A DNA stretch of 64,000 bases from an uncultured Chloroflexia bacterium (GCA_963707215.1 CAVPPB010000003.1:32001-96000); one strand, 5' to 3'. Shown: positions 19,033 through 29,779, counted from the first letter of the stretch. The notes: a model not told the origin generated them from the sequence alone. Numbers and translations: made by a program.

Positions 19033-19637
19033 TCAGGGGTCGGTCGGCACCTCGTCGTCGAGGTCCGGCCGGTCGGCCGCCGTTTCCGAGCTCCGGATCC
19101 ATGCCGTCAACGCCGCGGCGGCGGTCGCCGGGTCGAAGCCGTTGCGGGCCAGGAGCGCGTAGGCGCGCTCTCGTCGCCGTCGTGGGTCCCTCTCGCGCAG
19201 CAGCGACTGGGTGCGCCGCTCGAGGAGCCTGGCAGCAGCCAGCGCGTCGGCCGAGCGGCCAGACGCTGTCGCCGTCTGGTCGGCCTGGTCGCGCTCTGCA
19301 ATGGCCTCGATCGCTATCTCGTCGGCGACCCCCTTCAGGCGCAGCTCGCGCCGGAGGGCGTTGGCGCCACGGGGGTGGGCGCGGTCGCGCGACTCGATCC
19401 AGGCGCGGGCGAACGCCGCGTCGTCGAGGTAGCCGAGGGCGATCAACCGCGCGATCGCTCCTTCGACCAGTTCGTCCCCGTAGCCCGCCCCGGTGAGCCG
19501 TCGACGGACCTCGGAAACGGTCCTGGGGCGGACTTCGAGGAAGCGCGCGGCCGCGTCTAGGACGATGGCAGGATCATCGACCGACGCTGCGCGCTCGCGA
19601 CGCTCGGCCGGGGTCGAACGCCGGCGACGCGACGCCG

Positions 19638-19641
<4 letters not shown>
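19033..19641 (-). CDS. recX: Regulatory protein RecX (probable CTG start)
   Basis: Frame open to CTG at 19641 overlapping the recA stop; [44 protein letters not shown]. Confidence 0.9.
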
Positions 19642-20693
<1,052 letters not shown>

Positions 20694-20766
20694 GGGTGTC
20701 CGCTCCTGTTCGTCGCTCAGCGACCGGCCACCAGGAGCGAGCACCGAGGGCGCTCCTCCCGACCGA

Positions 20767-20934
20767 TCAGGTCTCCTCGGTCTCCTCCTCGACCGGCTCC
20801 GGCTTCGGCTTCCGCGGCTTGCGGATCACCTCGACCTGCATCGGCGGTTCGGTGAGGGGCTGCAGCTTGGGCTGCCCGGCCTTGTCCTTGGCCTTCTTCT
20901 TGGGCTCGCGGTGTGGTCGATCTCGAGAACCCAT
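20767..20934 (-). CDS. 55-aa small charged protein upstream of recA (not in ORF track)
   Basis: GGAGG SD plus ATG; [55 protein letters not shown]; TATCCT -10 at 20959-20964. Confidence 0.7.
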   Translation of the reverse strand: MGSRDRPHREPKKKAKDKAGQPKLQPLTEPPMQVEVIRKPRKPKPEPVEEETEET

Positions 20935-20976
20935 GTCGTGGCCTCCGGCTTGAGCGAGAGGATAGGTCTGGGGCCT

Positions 20977-22137
20977 TCACTGCGACATCACCGCGACTTC
21001 GCCGGAACGAGCACCGGCGCGCGCGAGGAGGTCCGGGAGGCTCTGAGGGAAGATACCGGCCCGCAGCGCCGAGCGGATCCTGGCCATGAAGTCTAGGGTG
21101 AAGGTCAGGTTGTGACAAGTCGCCAGACGGTACGCGAGGAGCTCCTTGGCCCGGAACAGATGAGCCAGATATGCGCGCGAGAACCGCGTACAGAGGCGAC
21201 ATGGGCAGTCGTCCTGGGCGGGAGCCGGATCGTCGAGGAACCTGGCGTTCCGCAGGTTCAGGCGCCCGCCGGGCACCCACAGCTGGCCGTTCCGGGCGAC
21301 CCGCGCCGGCAGGACCGAGTCGAAGAGGTCGATCCCCTGGTGGACCGCCACCAGCAGGTCTGCCGGCGTCCCGAGGCCCATAAGGTAGCGGACCCGTGGG
21401 TCGAGACCCAGCCGCGGAACGACGACGTCGAGGACCGCGGCCCGCTCCGCGGGGGTCTCGTCCCCGGCCAACCCGCCGATGCAGATGCCATCGAACGGCA
21501 GCCCCGCGATGAGGTCCACGGAGGCCTCGCGGAGGTCGACCTCGAGACCGCCCTGGACGATCCCGAAGAGCGCTTGGTCGGTCCGCCGGTGAGCGGCGAG
21601 TGAGCGCTCCGCCCAGCGGTGGGTCCGCTCCGTGGCGATCGCCACGGTCTCGCGCGTCGAGCTGTGTGGCGGGACCGGCTGGTCGAAAGCGACCGCGACG
21701 TCGGCCCCCAGGGCCTCCTGGACGGCGATCGCCTGCTCGGGGTCGAAGCGATGGAGACTGCCATCGTGGTGGCTCCGGAACGTCACGCCGTCGTCGTCGA
21801 CCCGGCGGAGGTCGTCGAGCGAGACCACCTGGAAGCCCCCGGAATCGGTCAGGATCGGACGGTCCCAGGCCATGAAGCGGTGGAGCCCACCGAGGCGGGC
21901 GATCCGCTCGTGTCCCGGCCGGAGATACAGGTGATACGTGTTCGCAAGGATGATCGACGCCCCGACCGAGTCGAGGTCGTCGGGGTCGAGCGCCTTCACC
22001 GTGGCGTTCGTGCCGACCGGCATGAACTGCGGTGTGTCGACCGTTCCGTGGGGCAGGTGCAGCCGCCCGAGCCGCGCCCGGGTCGAAGCGTCGGCGGGCG
22101 GTCCGACCAGCACCTCGAAGCGGGCGGCGCCGGGCAC
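20977..22137 (-). CDS. tgt: tRNA-guanine transglycosylase
   Basis: TPQFMPVGT, LANTYHLYLRPG, TDSGGFQV, GIVQGG, RYLMG, Zn motif CPCRLC; GTG start with GGAGGG SD. Confidence 0.97.
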   Translation of the reverse strand: MPGAARFEVLVGPPADASTRARLGRLHLPHGTVDTPQFMPVGTNATVKALDPDDLDSVGASIILANTYHLYLRPGHERIARLGGLHRFMAWDRPILTDSGGFQVVSLDDLRRVDDDGVTFRSHHDGSLHRFDPEQAIAVQEALGADVAVAFDQPVPPHSSTRETVAIATERTHRWAERSLAAHRRTDQALFGIVQGGLEVDLREASVDLIAGLPFDGICIGGLAGDETPAERAAVLDVVVPRLGLDPRVRYLMGLGTPADLLVAVHQGIDLFDSVLPARVARNGQLWVPGGRLNLRNARFLDDPAPAQDDCPCRLCTRFSRAYLAHLFRAKELLAYRLATCHNLTFTLDFMARIRSALRAGIFPQSLPDLLARAGARSGEVAVMSQ

Positions 22138-22159
22138 GGGCGCTGATCCCTCCGCCGAC

Positions 22160-23242
22160 TCAGCCGGTCGGCCCGGCGCCCAGGGTGGACTCCCAGAGCG
22201 CGGCCATCTCGGGTTCTGCGCGCCGAGGCGCCGGGACCTCATAGCCGAGCGCGGCGAGGTGAGCCCTGGCATTGTCGGTGGCGACGCGACCCTGGGGCGT
22301 CCGATCGAGGAAGCCGAGGCGCAGCAGGTAGGGCTCGTAGACGTCCTCGATTGTCTCGGTCTCCTCGGCCAGGACCGCCGCCAGCGCCGCGACCCCGACG
22401 GGCCCCGATCCGAACTTCTGGACGATCGCCGCCAGGAGCTTGCGATCGGTCGCATCGAGGCCGAGATCGTCGATCTCGAGGGTGGCCATCGCCTCCTGGA
22501 CCGCCCTGTCGTCGACCCTGCCGTCGAAGTGGACCTCGGCGTGATCCCGGACCCGCTTCAGAAGACGGTTGACGATCCGGGGCGTTCCTCGACCGCGCCG
22601 GGCGATCGAGGCCGCCGCGTCCCCGACGACCTCGACCCCGAGGATCCCGGCCGATCGCTGGACGATCGCGGTGAGATCGGTCTCGTCGTAGAAGTCGAGG
22701 CGATAGGTCGCCCCGAAGCGGTCGCGGAGCGGGCTGCTGATGCGGCCGGCCCGGGTCGTCGCGCCGACGACCGTGAAGGGCTTGAGGCTGAGCCGGAGCG
22801 AGCGCGCCGACGGGCCCTTGCCGATCATGACGTCGAGGGCGAAGTCCTCCATGGCCGGGTAGAGGATCTCCTCGACCGCCCGCGACAGCCGGTGGATCTC
22901 GTCGATGAAGAGGACATCGTGCTCGTCGAGCGAGGTCAGGATGGCGGCCAGGTCGCCGGGACGTTCGACGGCCGGCCCCGAGGTGAACCGGATGTTCACC
23001 TCGAGCTCCCGGGCGACGATCGAGGCGAGCGTGGTCTTGCCGAGACCGGGCGGGCCGTACAGGAGGATGTGGTCCGCGGCCTCTCCCCTGCCCCGGGCCG
23101 CTCGCAGCAGGACCGAGAGGCTGGCCTTCACCTCGCGCTGGCCGACGTACTCGTCGAGGGTGTGCGGCCGAAGGGTCGTCTCCACGCCCAGATCGGTCTC
23201 GTCGAGGAGGTCGGCGGCAAGGAACCGGGGGTCGTCCGACAT
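22160..23242 (-). CDS. ruvB: Holliday junction branch migration helicase RuvB
   Basis: [49 protein letters not shown]. Confidence 0.98.
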   Translation of the reverse strand: MSDDPRFLAADLLDETDLGVETTLRPHTLDEYVGQREVKASLSVLLRAARGRGEAADHILLYGPPGLGKTTLASIVARELEVNIRFTSGPAVERPGDLAAILTSLDEHDVLFIDEIHRLSRAVEEILYPAMEDFALDVMIGKGPSARSLRLSLKPFTVVGATTRAGRISSPLRDRFGATYRLDFYDETDLTAIVQRSAGILGVEVVGDAAASIARRGRGTPRIVNRLLKRVRDHAEVHFDGRVDDRAVQEAMATLEIDDLGLDATDRKLLAAIVQKFGSGPVGVAALAAVLAEETETIEDVYEPYLLRLGFLDRTPQGRVATDNARAHLAALGYEVPAPRRAEPEMAALWESTLGAGPTG

Positions 23243-23249
23243 GGTCGCG

Positions 23250-23287
23250 AGTCTAGCACGCAGGACCCCGTTTCGCACAGATGTTCG
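23250..23287 (-). promoter_or_regulatory. ruvB extended -10 (TGcTAGACT) and putative LexA (SOS) box
   Basis: CGAACATCTGTGCG at 23274-23287 (GAAC-N4-GTTC type, 1 mismatch); -10 lies 7 nt before ATG. Confidence 0.6.
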
Positions 23288-23362
23288 ATGCGCCGACGAG
23301 TGTCTCTTGGTCCCGTCGGCGAAGTACGACCCTCGGGCTAGGGGTTCTGGCAGAATGCCCGC

Positions 23363-23839
23363 ATGCGGCTCTCGCGACGCTCGGAGTACGGCCTGCGAGC
23401 CCTGGTCGATCTGGTCGACCATGTGGATGCGGGTCCGGTGCCACTAGCCGCCCTTGCCGAGCGCAATCGCCTGCCCGGCAAGTTCCTCGAGCAGATCCTC
23501 GCGGCCCTCAAACATGCCGGCATCGTCCGCACGACGCTCGGCGCCCACGGCGGCTACGCCATGGCCGTCGACCCGGCCCAGGTCACGGTGGGGCGGGTCA
23601 TCCGGCTTCTCGATGGGGCGCTCGCCCCGATCGGCTGCGTAAGCCTTCGGTACTACGAGCCGTGCACCTGCCCGGACGAGTCGACCTGTCGCCTCCGCGA
23701 CCTGATGATCGAGGTTCGCGACTCGATGCTCGCGATCCTCGACCGGGAGACCCTGGCAGACCTCAGGGCCCGCAGCGGTCAGCCATCGCTCGATCCGCGG
23801 GGCCTGCACGCTGACGCCCTGGCCGGCCGCCGTCCGTGA
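23363..23839 (+). CDS. Rrf2 family transcriptional regulator (Cys-containing)
   Basis: [28 protein letters not shown], CVSxxxxxxCxCxxxxxC. Confidence 0.93.
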   Translation: MRLSRRSEYGLRALVDLVDHVDAGPVPLAALAERNRLPGKFLEQILAALKHAGIVRTTLGAHGGYAMAVDPAQVTVGRVIRLLDGALAPIGCVSLRYYEPCTCPDESTCRLRDLMIEVRDSMLAILDRETLADLRARSGQPSLDPRGLHADALAGRRP

Positions 23840-24408
23840 CCGGACCGCGCGGCGTCGATGCCCCGTCGACGGGGACGGGCTCCGGGACGGAGGTCGGTCT
23901 CCCCTACCGGCCCTCCGTCGGCATCCTCCTCTTCGACTCCGACGGACGGGTCTTCGTCGGCCGGCGCCTGCGTGGCGCGGTCGGGACCTGGCAACCCCCG
24001 CAGGGCGGCATCGATCCCGGCGAGACACCGCTCGAGGCGGCCCTGCGTGAGCTCGAGGAGGAGACGAGTATCGTCTCGGTCGAGTCCCTGGCCGTGAGTG
24101 CCGGCTGGTACACCTATGAGCTGCCTGCGGGACTCCCGGATCCGCCCCGCTGGGCCGCCCGCTACCGGGGCCAGCGCCAGTGCTGGGTGGCCCTCCGCTT
24201 CATCGGGAACGCTGACGAGATCGATCTGGCTACCGAGCACCCCGAATTCTCCGACTGGCGCTGGGCGTCACTCGAGGAGCTCCCGGGGATGGGGGTCTCG
24301 TTCAAGCGGCCGGTCTATGCCCGCGTCGCCGCAGAGTTCGCCAGCCTGGCCGAGTCGTCGACCGACGCCCGGGTCAGGCGGGTACGAGGGTCCGCAGGGC
24401 AGCCTTGA
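23836..24408 (+). CDS. rppH: RNA pyrophosphohydrolase RppH-like NUDIX hydrolase
   Basis: YRPSVGILL, WQPPQGGIDPGETPLEAALRELEEET Nudix box, YRGQRQCW, PEFSDWRW, FKRPVY. Confidence 0.85.
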   Translation: MTGPRGVDAPSTGTGSGTEVGLPYRPSVGILLFDSDGRVFVGRRLRGAVGTWQPPQGGIDPGETPLEAALRELEEETSIVSVESLAVSAGWYTYELPAGLPDPPRWAARYRGQRQCWVALRFIGNADEIDLATEHPEFSDWRWASLEELPGMGVSFKRPVYARVAAEFASLAESSTDARVRRVRGSAGQP

Positions 24409-24961
24409 CCCGGTCCTCGAGGTCGCTCGCGGAGGCGCCATCGACGAGCGCAGCGCGTGACGCATCGCGCGCCTCGGTGGCGGAATACCCCAGGGCCTGG
24501 AGTGCGGCGACGACCTCGTCCTCGCCGGCCGGTCCGACGGCCGGTGCCACCGAGGCGCCCGCGGCCGCGACCTTCTCCTTGAGCTCGAAGATGATCCGTT
24601 CGGCCAGCTTGCGACCGATCCCCGGGATGGCGGTGAGGACGGCCTGATCCTGTTGCAGGATGGCCAGCTGGAGGTCGGCCGGAGGGCGGCTGCCGACGAT
24701 CGGAAGAGCGATCCGGGGGCCGACGCCGTTGACGGTGAGGAGGAGCTCGAAGAACCCGAGCTCTTCCGGCGTCCGGAACCCGAAGAGCGCCTGCTGATCC
24801 TCGCGGACCAGGTGGTGCGTGTGAAGTCGCAGTCGCTCGCCGATCCGCGCCACGGCGAGGACGGCCGGGGCGGCGTTGACCCGGTACCCGATGCCGCCGA
24901 CCTCGATGACGAGCGCGTCGGTCCCGATCGACGCGACGGTCCCGTCGACAGAGGCGATCAC
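24374..24961 (-). CDS. ruvA: Holliday junction DNA-binding protein RuvA
   Basis: VGGIGY, VRED, VNGVGPRIAL, IPGIGRKLAERII, ALQALGY. Confidence 0.97.
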   Translation of the reverse strand: MIASVDGTVASIGTDALVIEVGGIGYRVNAAPAVLAVARIGERLRLHTHHLVREDQQALFGFRTPEELGFFELLLTVNGVGPRIALPIVGSRPPADLQLAILQQDQAVLTAIPGIGRKLAERIIFELKEKVAAAGASVAPAVGPAGEDEVVAALQALGYSATEARDASRAALVDGASASDLEDRVKAALRTLVPA

Positions 24962-25563
24962 CGGCGTCCTGAGCTCCGAGCCCTCGCCTCGTCACGAGCC
25001 AGGGCCTCTCGGACGGCGCGGTCGTAGGAGGAGCGGCCCTCGGCGATCGGCGCCACGGCGGCCCGATCGAGCACGGCAGCCGTCGGCTGCTCGCCCACCC
25101 GCTCGCGGTGGGCCGCCCAGATGGCGATGGCGAGAGCATCAGCGGCATCGTCGGGCGTGGGGGTCACGTCCATGCCGAGCACCAGGCGGACCATCCGGGC
25201 CACCTCCTGCTTCCCGGAACGACCGTGGCCGGTCACGGCGACCTTGACCTCGGACGGGGTGGCCTCGCGGACCGGCAGGCGGTGCTGGGCGGCTGCGAGG
25301 AGGACGACACCCCTCGCCTGCCCGACCGCGAAGGCGGTCTGGGCGTTGCGGGAATAGAAGATGCGCTCGACGGCCACCAGATCCGGCCGATGCAGCTCGA
25401 TGAGCTCGACCACCTGCCGATGGATGGCATCCAGGCGGTCCGGGAGCGGTGTGCTCGCCGTCGTCGACAGGCAGCCGTGGTCGACCGCGCGCAGCCGGCC
25501 GTTCCGTTCGACGACGCCGTAGCCGAGAGCGGCGGTCCCCGGGTCGATGCCCAGGATGATCAC
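24958..25563 (-). CDS. ruvC: Holliday junction resolvase RuvC
   Basis: ILGIDPG, AVERIF, GQARGV, VKVAVTGHG, DDAADALAIA. Confidence 0.97.
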   Translation of the reverse strand: MIILGIDPGTAALGYGVVERNGRLRAVDHGCLSTTASTPLPDRLDAIHRQVVELIELHRPDLVAVERIFYSRNAQTAFAVGQARGVVLLAAAQHRLPVREATPSEVKVAVTGHGRSGKQEVARMVRLVLGMDVTPTPDDAADALAIAIWAAHRERVGEQPTAAVLDRAAVAPIAEGRSSYDRAVREALARDEARARSSGRR

Positions 25564-26312
25564 CCGGCGACCTCGGCGAAGAGTTCTTCCGGGATGTCGA
25601 AGTTCGCAGTGACCCGGGAGACGTCGTCGAGGTCCTCGAGGTTCTCGACGAGACGGAGCGCCTTGCGCGCGTGGTCGGGATCGAGGTCCACCGTCTGCCT
25701 GGCGATCATCGTCGATTCCGCCGACTCGATCGAGATGGCAGCGGCCTCGAGCGAGGACCGAACGGTCTGGAGCTCTCCCGGCGTCGTGTAGACGTACATC
25801 CGTTCCGGATCGTCGGTGTCCACGTCGTCGGCCCCGGCATCGATCGCCGCGAGGGCGATCTCGTCGGTATCGACCCCGGCAGCCGGGACCGTCACGACCC
25901 CGCGCGGCTCGAATTGCCAGGCGACGGCGCCGGAACCGGCCAGTTGGCCACCGGCTTTGCTGAACACGGCCCGGACCTCGGCCGCCGTCCGGTTGCGGTT
26001 GTCGGTCTGGGCCTCGACGAGGATGGCGATGCCGCCGGGACCGTAGCCTTCGTAGACGACCTCCTCGAACTCGGCGGCATCACCGGCCCCGGTCGCCCGC
26101 TCGATGGCCCGCTTGATGTTGTCGGCCGGCATGTTGACCGATCGGGCCTTGTCGACCGCAAGCCGGAGCCGGTAGTTGGCGTCGGGATCGCCGCCGCCCT
26201 GGCGAGCGGCGACCGAGATCTCACGGGCGATCTTCGTGAAGAGCGCTCCGCGCTTCGCGTCGTTGGCGCCCTTCTGGCGCTTGATCGTCGACCATTTGGA
26301 GTGTCCGGACAT
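25560..26312 (-). CDS. yebC: YebC/PmpR family protein
   Basis: MSGHSKWSTIKRQK, YEGYGPGG, TDNRNRT, LEDLDDV. Confidence 0.97.
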   Translation of the reverse strand: MSGHSKWSTIKRQKGANDAKRGALFTKIAREISVAARQGGGDPDANYRLRLAVDKARSVNMPADNIKRAIERATGAGDAAEFEEVVYEGYGPGGIAILVEAQTDNRNRTAAEVRAVFSKAGGQLAGSGAVAWQFEPRGVVTVPAAGVDTDEIALAAIDAGADDVDTDDPERMYVYTTPGELQTVRSSLEAAAISIESAESTMIARQTVDLDPDHARKALRLVENLEDLDDVSRVTANFDIPEELFAEVAG

Positions 26313-26320
26313 CGCGCGGG

Positions 26321-26338
26321 AGTATACCGGACTATCAT
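26321..26338. promoter_or_regulatory. Back-to-back -10 elements for yebC (TATACT, -) and EF-G2 (TATCAT, +)
   Basis: agtata at 26321-26326 and tatcat at 26333-26338 in a short divergent intergenic region. Confidence 0.5.
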
Positions 26339-26419
26339 GACCGGACCCGCGGTCGCCGCCTTGCGGCCGCGCTCCTGTGCGCGTCCCCCCGACCCACCAC
26401 CGTGAGGAACGACGAGCCG

Positions 26420-28501
26420 ATGCCGACCAAGAGCGTAGACCTCCCCCACATCCGCACCGTCGTCCTGGCCGGCCATGCCGGCTCCGGCAAGACGACGCTC
26501 GCGGAGCAGCTCCTCTTCCGTGCCGGCGCCATCTCCCGGCTCGGTCGGGTCGACGACGGCACGGCGAGCCTAGACTTCGAGCCCGAGGAGCAACGGCGGA
26601 AGGAGTCGCTCGGCGTAGCGGTGGCGACCTTCGAGCACGATGGCTACCGCATCACCCTCGTCGACACGCCCGGCTACCTCGACTTCGTCGCCGAGATGGT
26701 CTCCGGCATGCACGCGGCCGACGCCGCGCTTCTCGTCATGGACGCCAGCGGTGGCGTCGAGGCCGGTCTGGAGACCGCCGTCGACCAGGCCCGCGGTCTC
26801 GGCCGGGCGGCCTGCTTCGTCATCAACAAGTGCGACCGGGAGAACGCCGACCCCGGCGCTGCCCTCGATGCGCTCCGGGCCTCGTTCGGCAACAAGGTCG
26901 CGCCGCTCCAGATCGCGATCGGCGCGGGTGATTCGTTCGAGGGATACGTGGACCTCGTCCACCGCAAGGCCTACCGCTGGGATGGCAAGCAGGATGTCGA
27001 GATCCCCGTCCCCGACGGGCTCGCCGACGAGGTCGCCCTGCGCCGGGACCAGCTGCTGGAGGCCGCGGCCGAGGCCGACGACGACGTCCTGACGAAGTAC
27101 CTCGAGGGTGAGGAGATCTCCGACGCCGAACTCGAGAGCTGCCTCCATCGCGGCGTCCGCGACGCCATCCTCGCACCGGTCCTCGTCGCTAGTGCCGCAA
27201 AGGGGATCGGCATCCGAGGCGTGTCCGACGCGGTCACGCGCTACCTGCCGTCCCCCGACGAAGAAGCCGCGGCCCGGGCCTCGGATCGCGCCGGGACTGC
27301 CATCGAGGTCACCCCCGACCCGGACGGGCCCCTCGTGGTCCGGGTCTTCAAGACGGCGGCTGACCCGTATGTCGGCAAGCTCAGCTACCTGCGGGTGCTG
27401 TCGGGGACCCTGAAGGGCCAGGGGTCGGTCCTCAACGTCAACCAGGGCCAGGACGAGCGGCTCGGTCAGCTACTGCTGCTCCACGCCAAGGAGCAGGAGC
27501 CGGTCGGTGAGCTGAAGGCCGGTGAGATCGGGGCGGTCGCCAAGCTCGCAGTCACCCGTACCGGCGACACGCTCGCCTCGAAGGACCGCCCGGTCACCTT
27601 GCCGCCCATCGAGTTCCCGTTGCCGACGCTGATCCAGGCGATCGAGCCCGAGACGAAGGCCGACCTCGACAAGATGGGGGCTGCCCTCCAGCGGATGCAG
27701 GAGGAGGAGCCGGCGGCCCGGGTCGAGCGGAGCGAGGTCGGCGAGCAGCTGCTCGTCACCATGGGCGAAGCCCACAGCGCGGTCATCCTTGAGCGGCTCA
27801 AGCGCAAGTTCGGCGCCGCCATCGTCACCCACACGCCGAAGGTCCCATATCGGGAGACCATTCGCGGCAAGGCCCAGGCCCACGGGCGCTACAAGAAGCA
27901 GACGGGCGGCCACGGGATGTTCGGCGATGTCTGGATCGAGCTCGAGCCGAACCCCGCGGGCGGTGTGGAGTTCACCGAGCGGGTCGTCGGAGGCTCGGTG
28001 CCGCGGCAGTTCTTCCCCGGCGTCGAGAAGGGCATCAGGGAGACGGCAGCCGAGGGTGTCGTGGCCGGCTATCCCCTGAGCGACTTCAAGGCGACGCTGT
28101 ACGACGGCTCCTTCCACACGGTGGATTCGAACGAGCTCTCGTTCAAGATCGCTGCTTCGATGGCCCTCAAGGACGGCGTCCAGCAGGCCAAGCCGGTCCT
28201 CCTCGAGCCGATCATGTCGGTCACCGTTCGGATCCCGGAGGCCTACATGGGCGACGTCAACCGGGACCTCAACGGACGCCGCGGGCGCGTCCTGGGTCTC
28301 GACTCGGCCGGCGACGGCATCCAGGTCATCACGGCCCATGTCCCCCAGGCAGAGATCTTCAGCTACGCGACGGAGCTGCGCTCGCTGACCGGTGGCCGAG
28401 GGTCCTTCGAGGCCGAGCTGGATCACTACGAAGAGGTCCCCGCCCACCTCACCCAGAAGATCGTCGAGGCCGGCCACAAGGACGCCGACGCCGGGCACTG
28501 A
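26420..28501 (+). CDS. Elongation factor G-like protein (EF-G2 / FusA2)
   Basis: GHAGSGKTT, DTPG, NKCD, KKQTGGHG, YDGSFHTVDSNE, LLEPIM; switch I reads RKESL rather than RGITI. Confidence 0.92.
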   Translation: MPTKSVDLPHIRTVVLAGHAGSGKTTLAEQLLFRAGAISRLGRVDDGTASLDFEPEEQRRKESLGVAVATFEHDGYRITLVDTPGYLDFVAEMVSGMHAADAALLVMDASGGVEAGLETAVDQARGLGRAACFVINKCDRENADPGAALDALRASFGNKVAPLQIAIGAGDSFEGYVDLVHRKAYRWDGKQDVEIPVPDGLADEVALRRDQLLEAAAEADDDVLTKYLEGEEISDAELESCLHRGVRDAILAPVLVASAAKGIGIRGVSDAVTRYLPSPDEEAAARASDRAGTAIEVTPDPDGPLVVRVFKTAADPYVGKLSYLRVLSGTLKGQGSVLNVNQGQDERLGQLLLLHAKEQEPVGELKAGEIGAVAKLAVTRTGDTLASKDRPVTLPPIEFPLPTLIQAIEPETKADLDKMGAALQRMQEEEPAARVERSEVGEQLLVTMGEAHSAVILERLKRKFGAAIVTHTPKVPYRETIRGKAQAHGRYKKQTGGHGMFGDVWIELEPNPAGGVEFTERVVGGSVPRQFFPGVEKGIRETAAEGVVAGYPLSDFKATLYDGSFHTVDSNELSFKIAASMALKDGVQQAKPVLLEPIMSVTVRIPEAYMGDVNRDLNGRRGRVLGLDSAGDGIQVITAHVPQAEIFSYATELRSLTGGRGSFEAELDHYEEVPAHLTQKIVEAGHKDADAGH

Positions 28502-28556
28502 CGGCGGGTCGATCCCACGCGCACGCTCTCGAGCGAGGGCCGTCCTCGGGTCGACC

Positions 28557-28578
28557 GGCGTCCCCGCCGAGGGACGCC
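28557..28578. terminator. GC hairpin between convergent EF-G2 and hisA
   Basis: GGCGTCCC-cgccga-GGGACGCC; no U-tract. Confidence 0.4.
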
Positions 28579-28608
28579 CAGGATCCTCGGCGCCGGTGGG
28601 CGCCATGG

Positions 28609-29364
28609 TCACCCGATGCTCGCCAGGGCCGCAGCCAGGTCGATCCGCCCCTCATACAGGGCTCGTCCGACGATCGCCCCGCTCGCCCCGGCCGCTCGTG
28701 TCGCCAGCAGGTCCTCGATCGAGCTGATCCCGCCTGAGGCCAGGATCATGCCGGCGCCGAGGTCGACGGCCGAGCGCAGCAGGGCCAGGTCGGGGCCCCG
28801 GAGCACCCCGTCTCGGTCGATCGCCGTCACGGCGAAGATCCCGACGCCGGCCTCGGCGAGGCGTTGCATCGCCTCGCCCATCGGCACACCAAGGGCGTCG
28901 GACCGCCAGGCGTCGCCCAGGGCCAGCCCATGTCGCACATCGATCGCGGCCACGATGCGGGACGCCCCGAAGCGCTGGACCAGGACGCCGGCGAACCCCG
29001 GGTCTTGCAAGGCCGCGGTCCCGATGACGGCGCGGGCGGCGCCGGCCTCCAGCATGCCCGCGACTGCGTCCACGTCCCGCAGCCCCCCCGCGACCTGGCA
29101 GGCGACGGAGGCCCCGACCTGGCGAACGATGTCCTGGACGACGCCCGTCTGGACTGGCGACCCGGACGCACCGTCGAGATCGACGACATGGATCCAGCCC
29201 GTCCCCGCCTCGGCGAAGGAGGTCGCGACGGCCAAGGGGTCGTCGCCGTAGACGGTCGGCTGCTCGAGTCGACCCCGTCGCAGGCGGACCACGCGGCCGC
29301 CTTGGAGGTCGATGGCCGGCATGATCTGGAAGGACCCGTCGTCCGGGACCGGAGTGATTGACAC
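28609..29364 (-). CDS. hisA: ProFAR isomerase HisA
   Basis: PAIDLQGGRVVRL, HVVDLDGA, GGLR, TAIDRDG, ASGGI, GRALYEG; GTG start with AGGAG SD. Confidence 0.95.
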   Translation of the reverse strand: MSITPVPDDGSFQIMPAIDLQGGRVVRLRRGRLEQPTVYGDDPLAVATSFAEAGTGWIHVVDLDGASGSPVQTGVVQDIVRQVGASVACQVAGGLRDVDAVAGMLEAGAARAVIGTAALQDPGFAGVLVQRFGASRIVAAIDVRHGLALGDAWRSDALGVPMGEAMQRLAEAGVGIFAVTAIDRDGVLRGPDLALLRSAVDLGAGMILASGGISSIEDLLATRAAGASGAIVGRALYEGRIDLAAALASIG

Positions 29365-29380
29365 CGGATCCGCTCTCCTG

Positions 29381-29413
29381 CTAGCGTTGTAGCACGTTAC
29401 TACGATAGCACGC
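29381..29413. promoter_or_regulatory. Putative tandem operator of the TrpR-like YerC regulator
   Basis: 8-bp period TAGCGTTG TAGCACGT TACTACGA TAGCACGC between divergent hisA and yerC-hisG. Confidence 0.55.
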
Positions 29414-29452
29414 CACCGATCGATGGGACTGCCCCAGCCAGCGAGGTCCACG

Positions 29453-29779
29453 ATGCTGCCCGCAGATGATGATTGGCGGACGCCGGCCGTTGACGCCCTC
29501 CTACGGGCACTCGTCAGCCTCGACTCGACCGACGACGCCGCCCGGTTCATTCGGGACCTCTGCACCGTCGGCGAACTCCAGGCCATGGCCCAGCGTTGGG
29601 CGGTCGCCAGGATGCTCGACGACGGGCTCCATTACGCCGAGATCTCGCGCCTGACCGGAGCGAGCACGGCGACGATCACGCGGATCGCCGCCTGGTTGCA
29701 CCACGGCGAGGGTGGCTACCGCCTCATGCTCGACCGCGTCCGCACGGCGCCGAGCGCGGGCAACCCGACACGCTCGTGA
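29453..29779 (+). CDS. YerC/YecD family TrpR-related protein (probable his regulator)
   Basis: FIRDLCTVGELQAMAQRWAVARML, TGASTATITR, GEGGY. Confidence 0.93.
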   Translation: MLPADDDWRTPAVDALLRALVSLDSTDDAARFIRDLCTVGELQAMAQRWAVARMLDDGLHYAEISRLTGASTATITRIAAWLHHGEGGYRLMLDRVRTAPSAGNPTRS

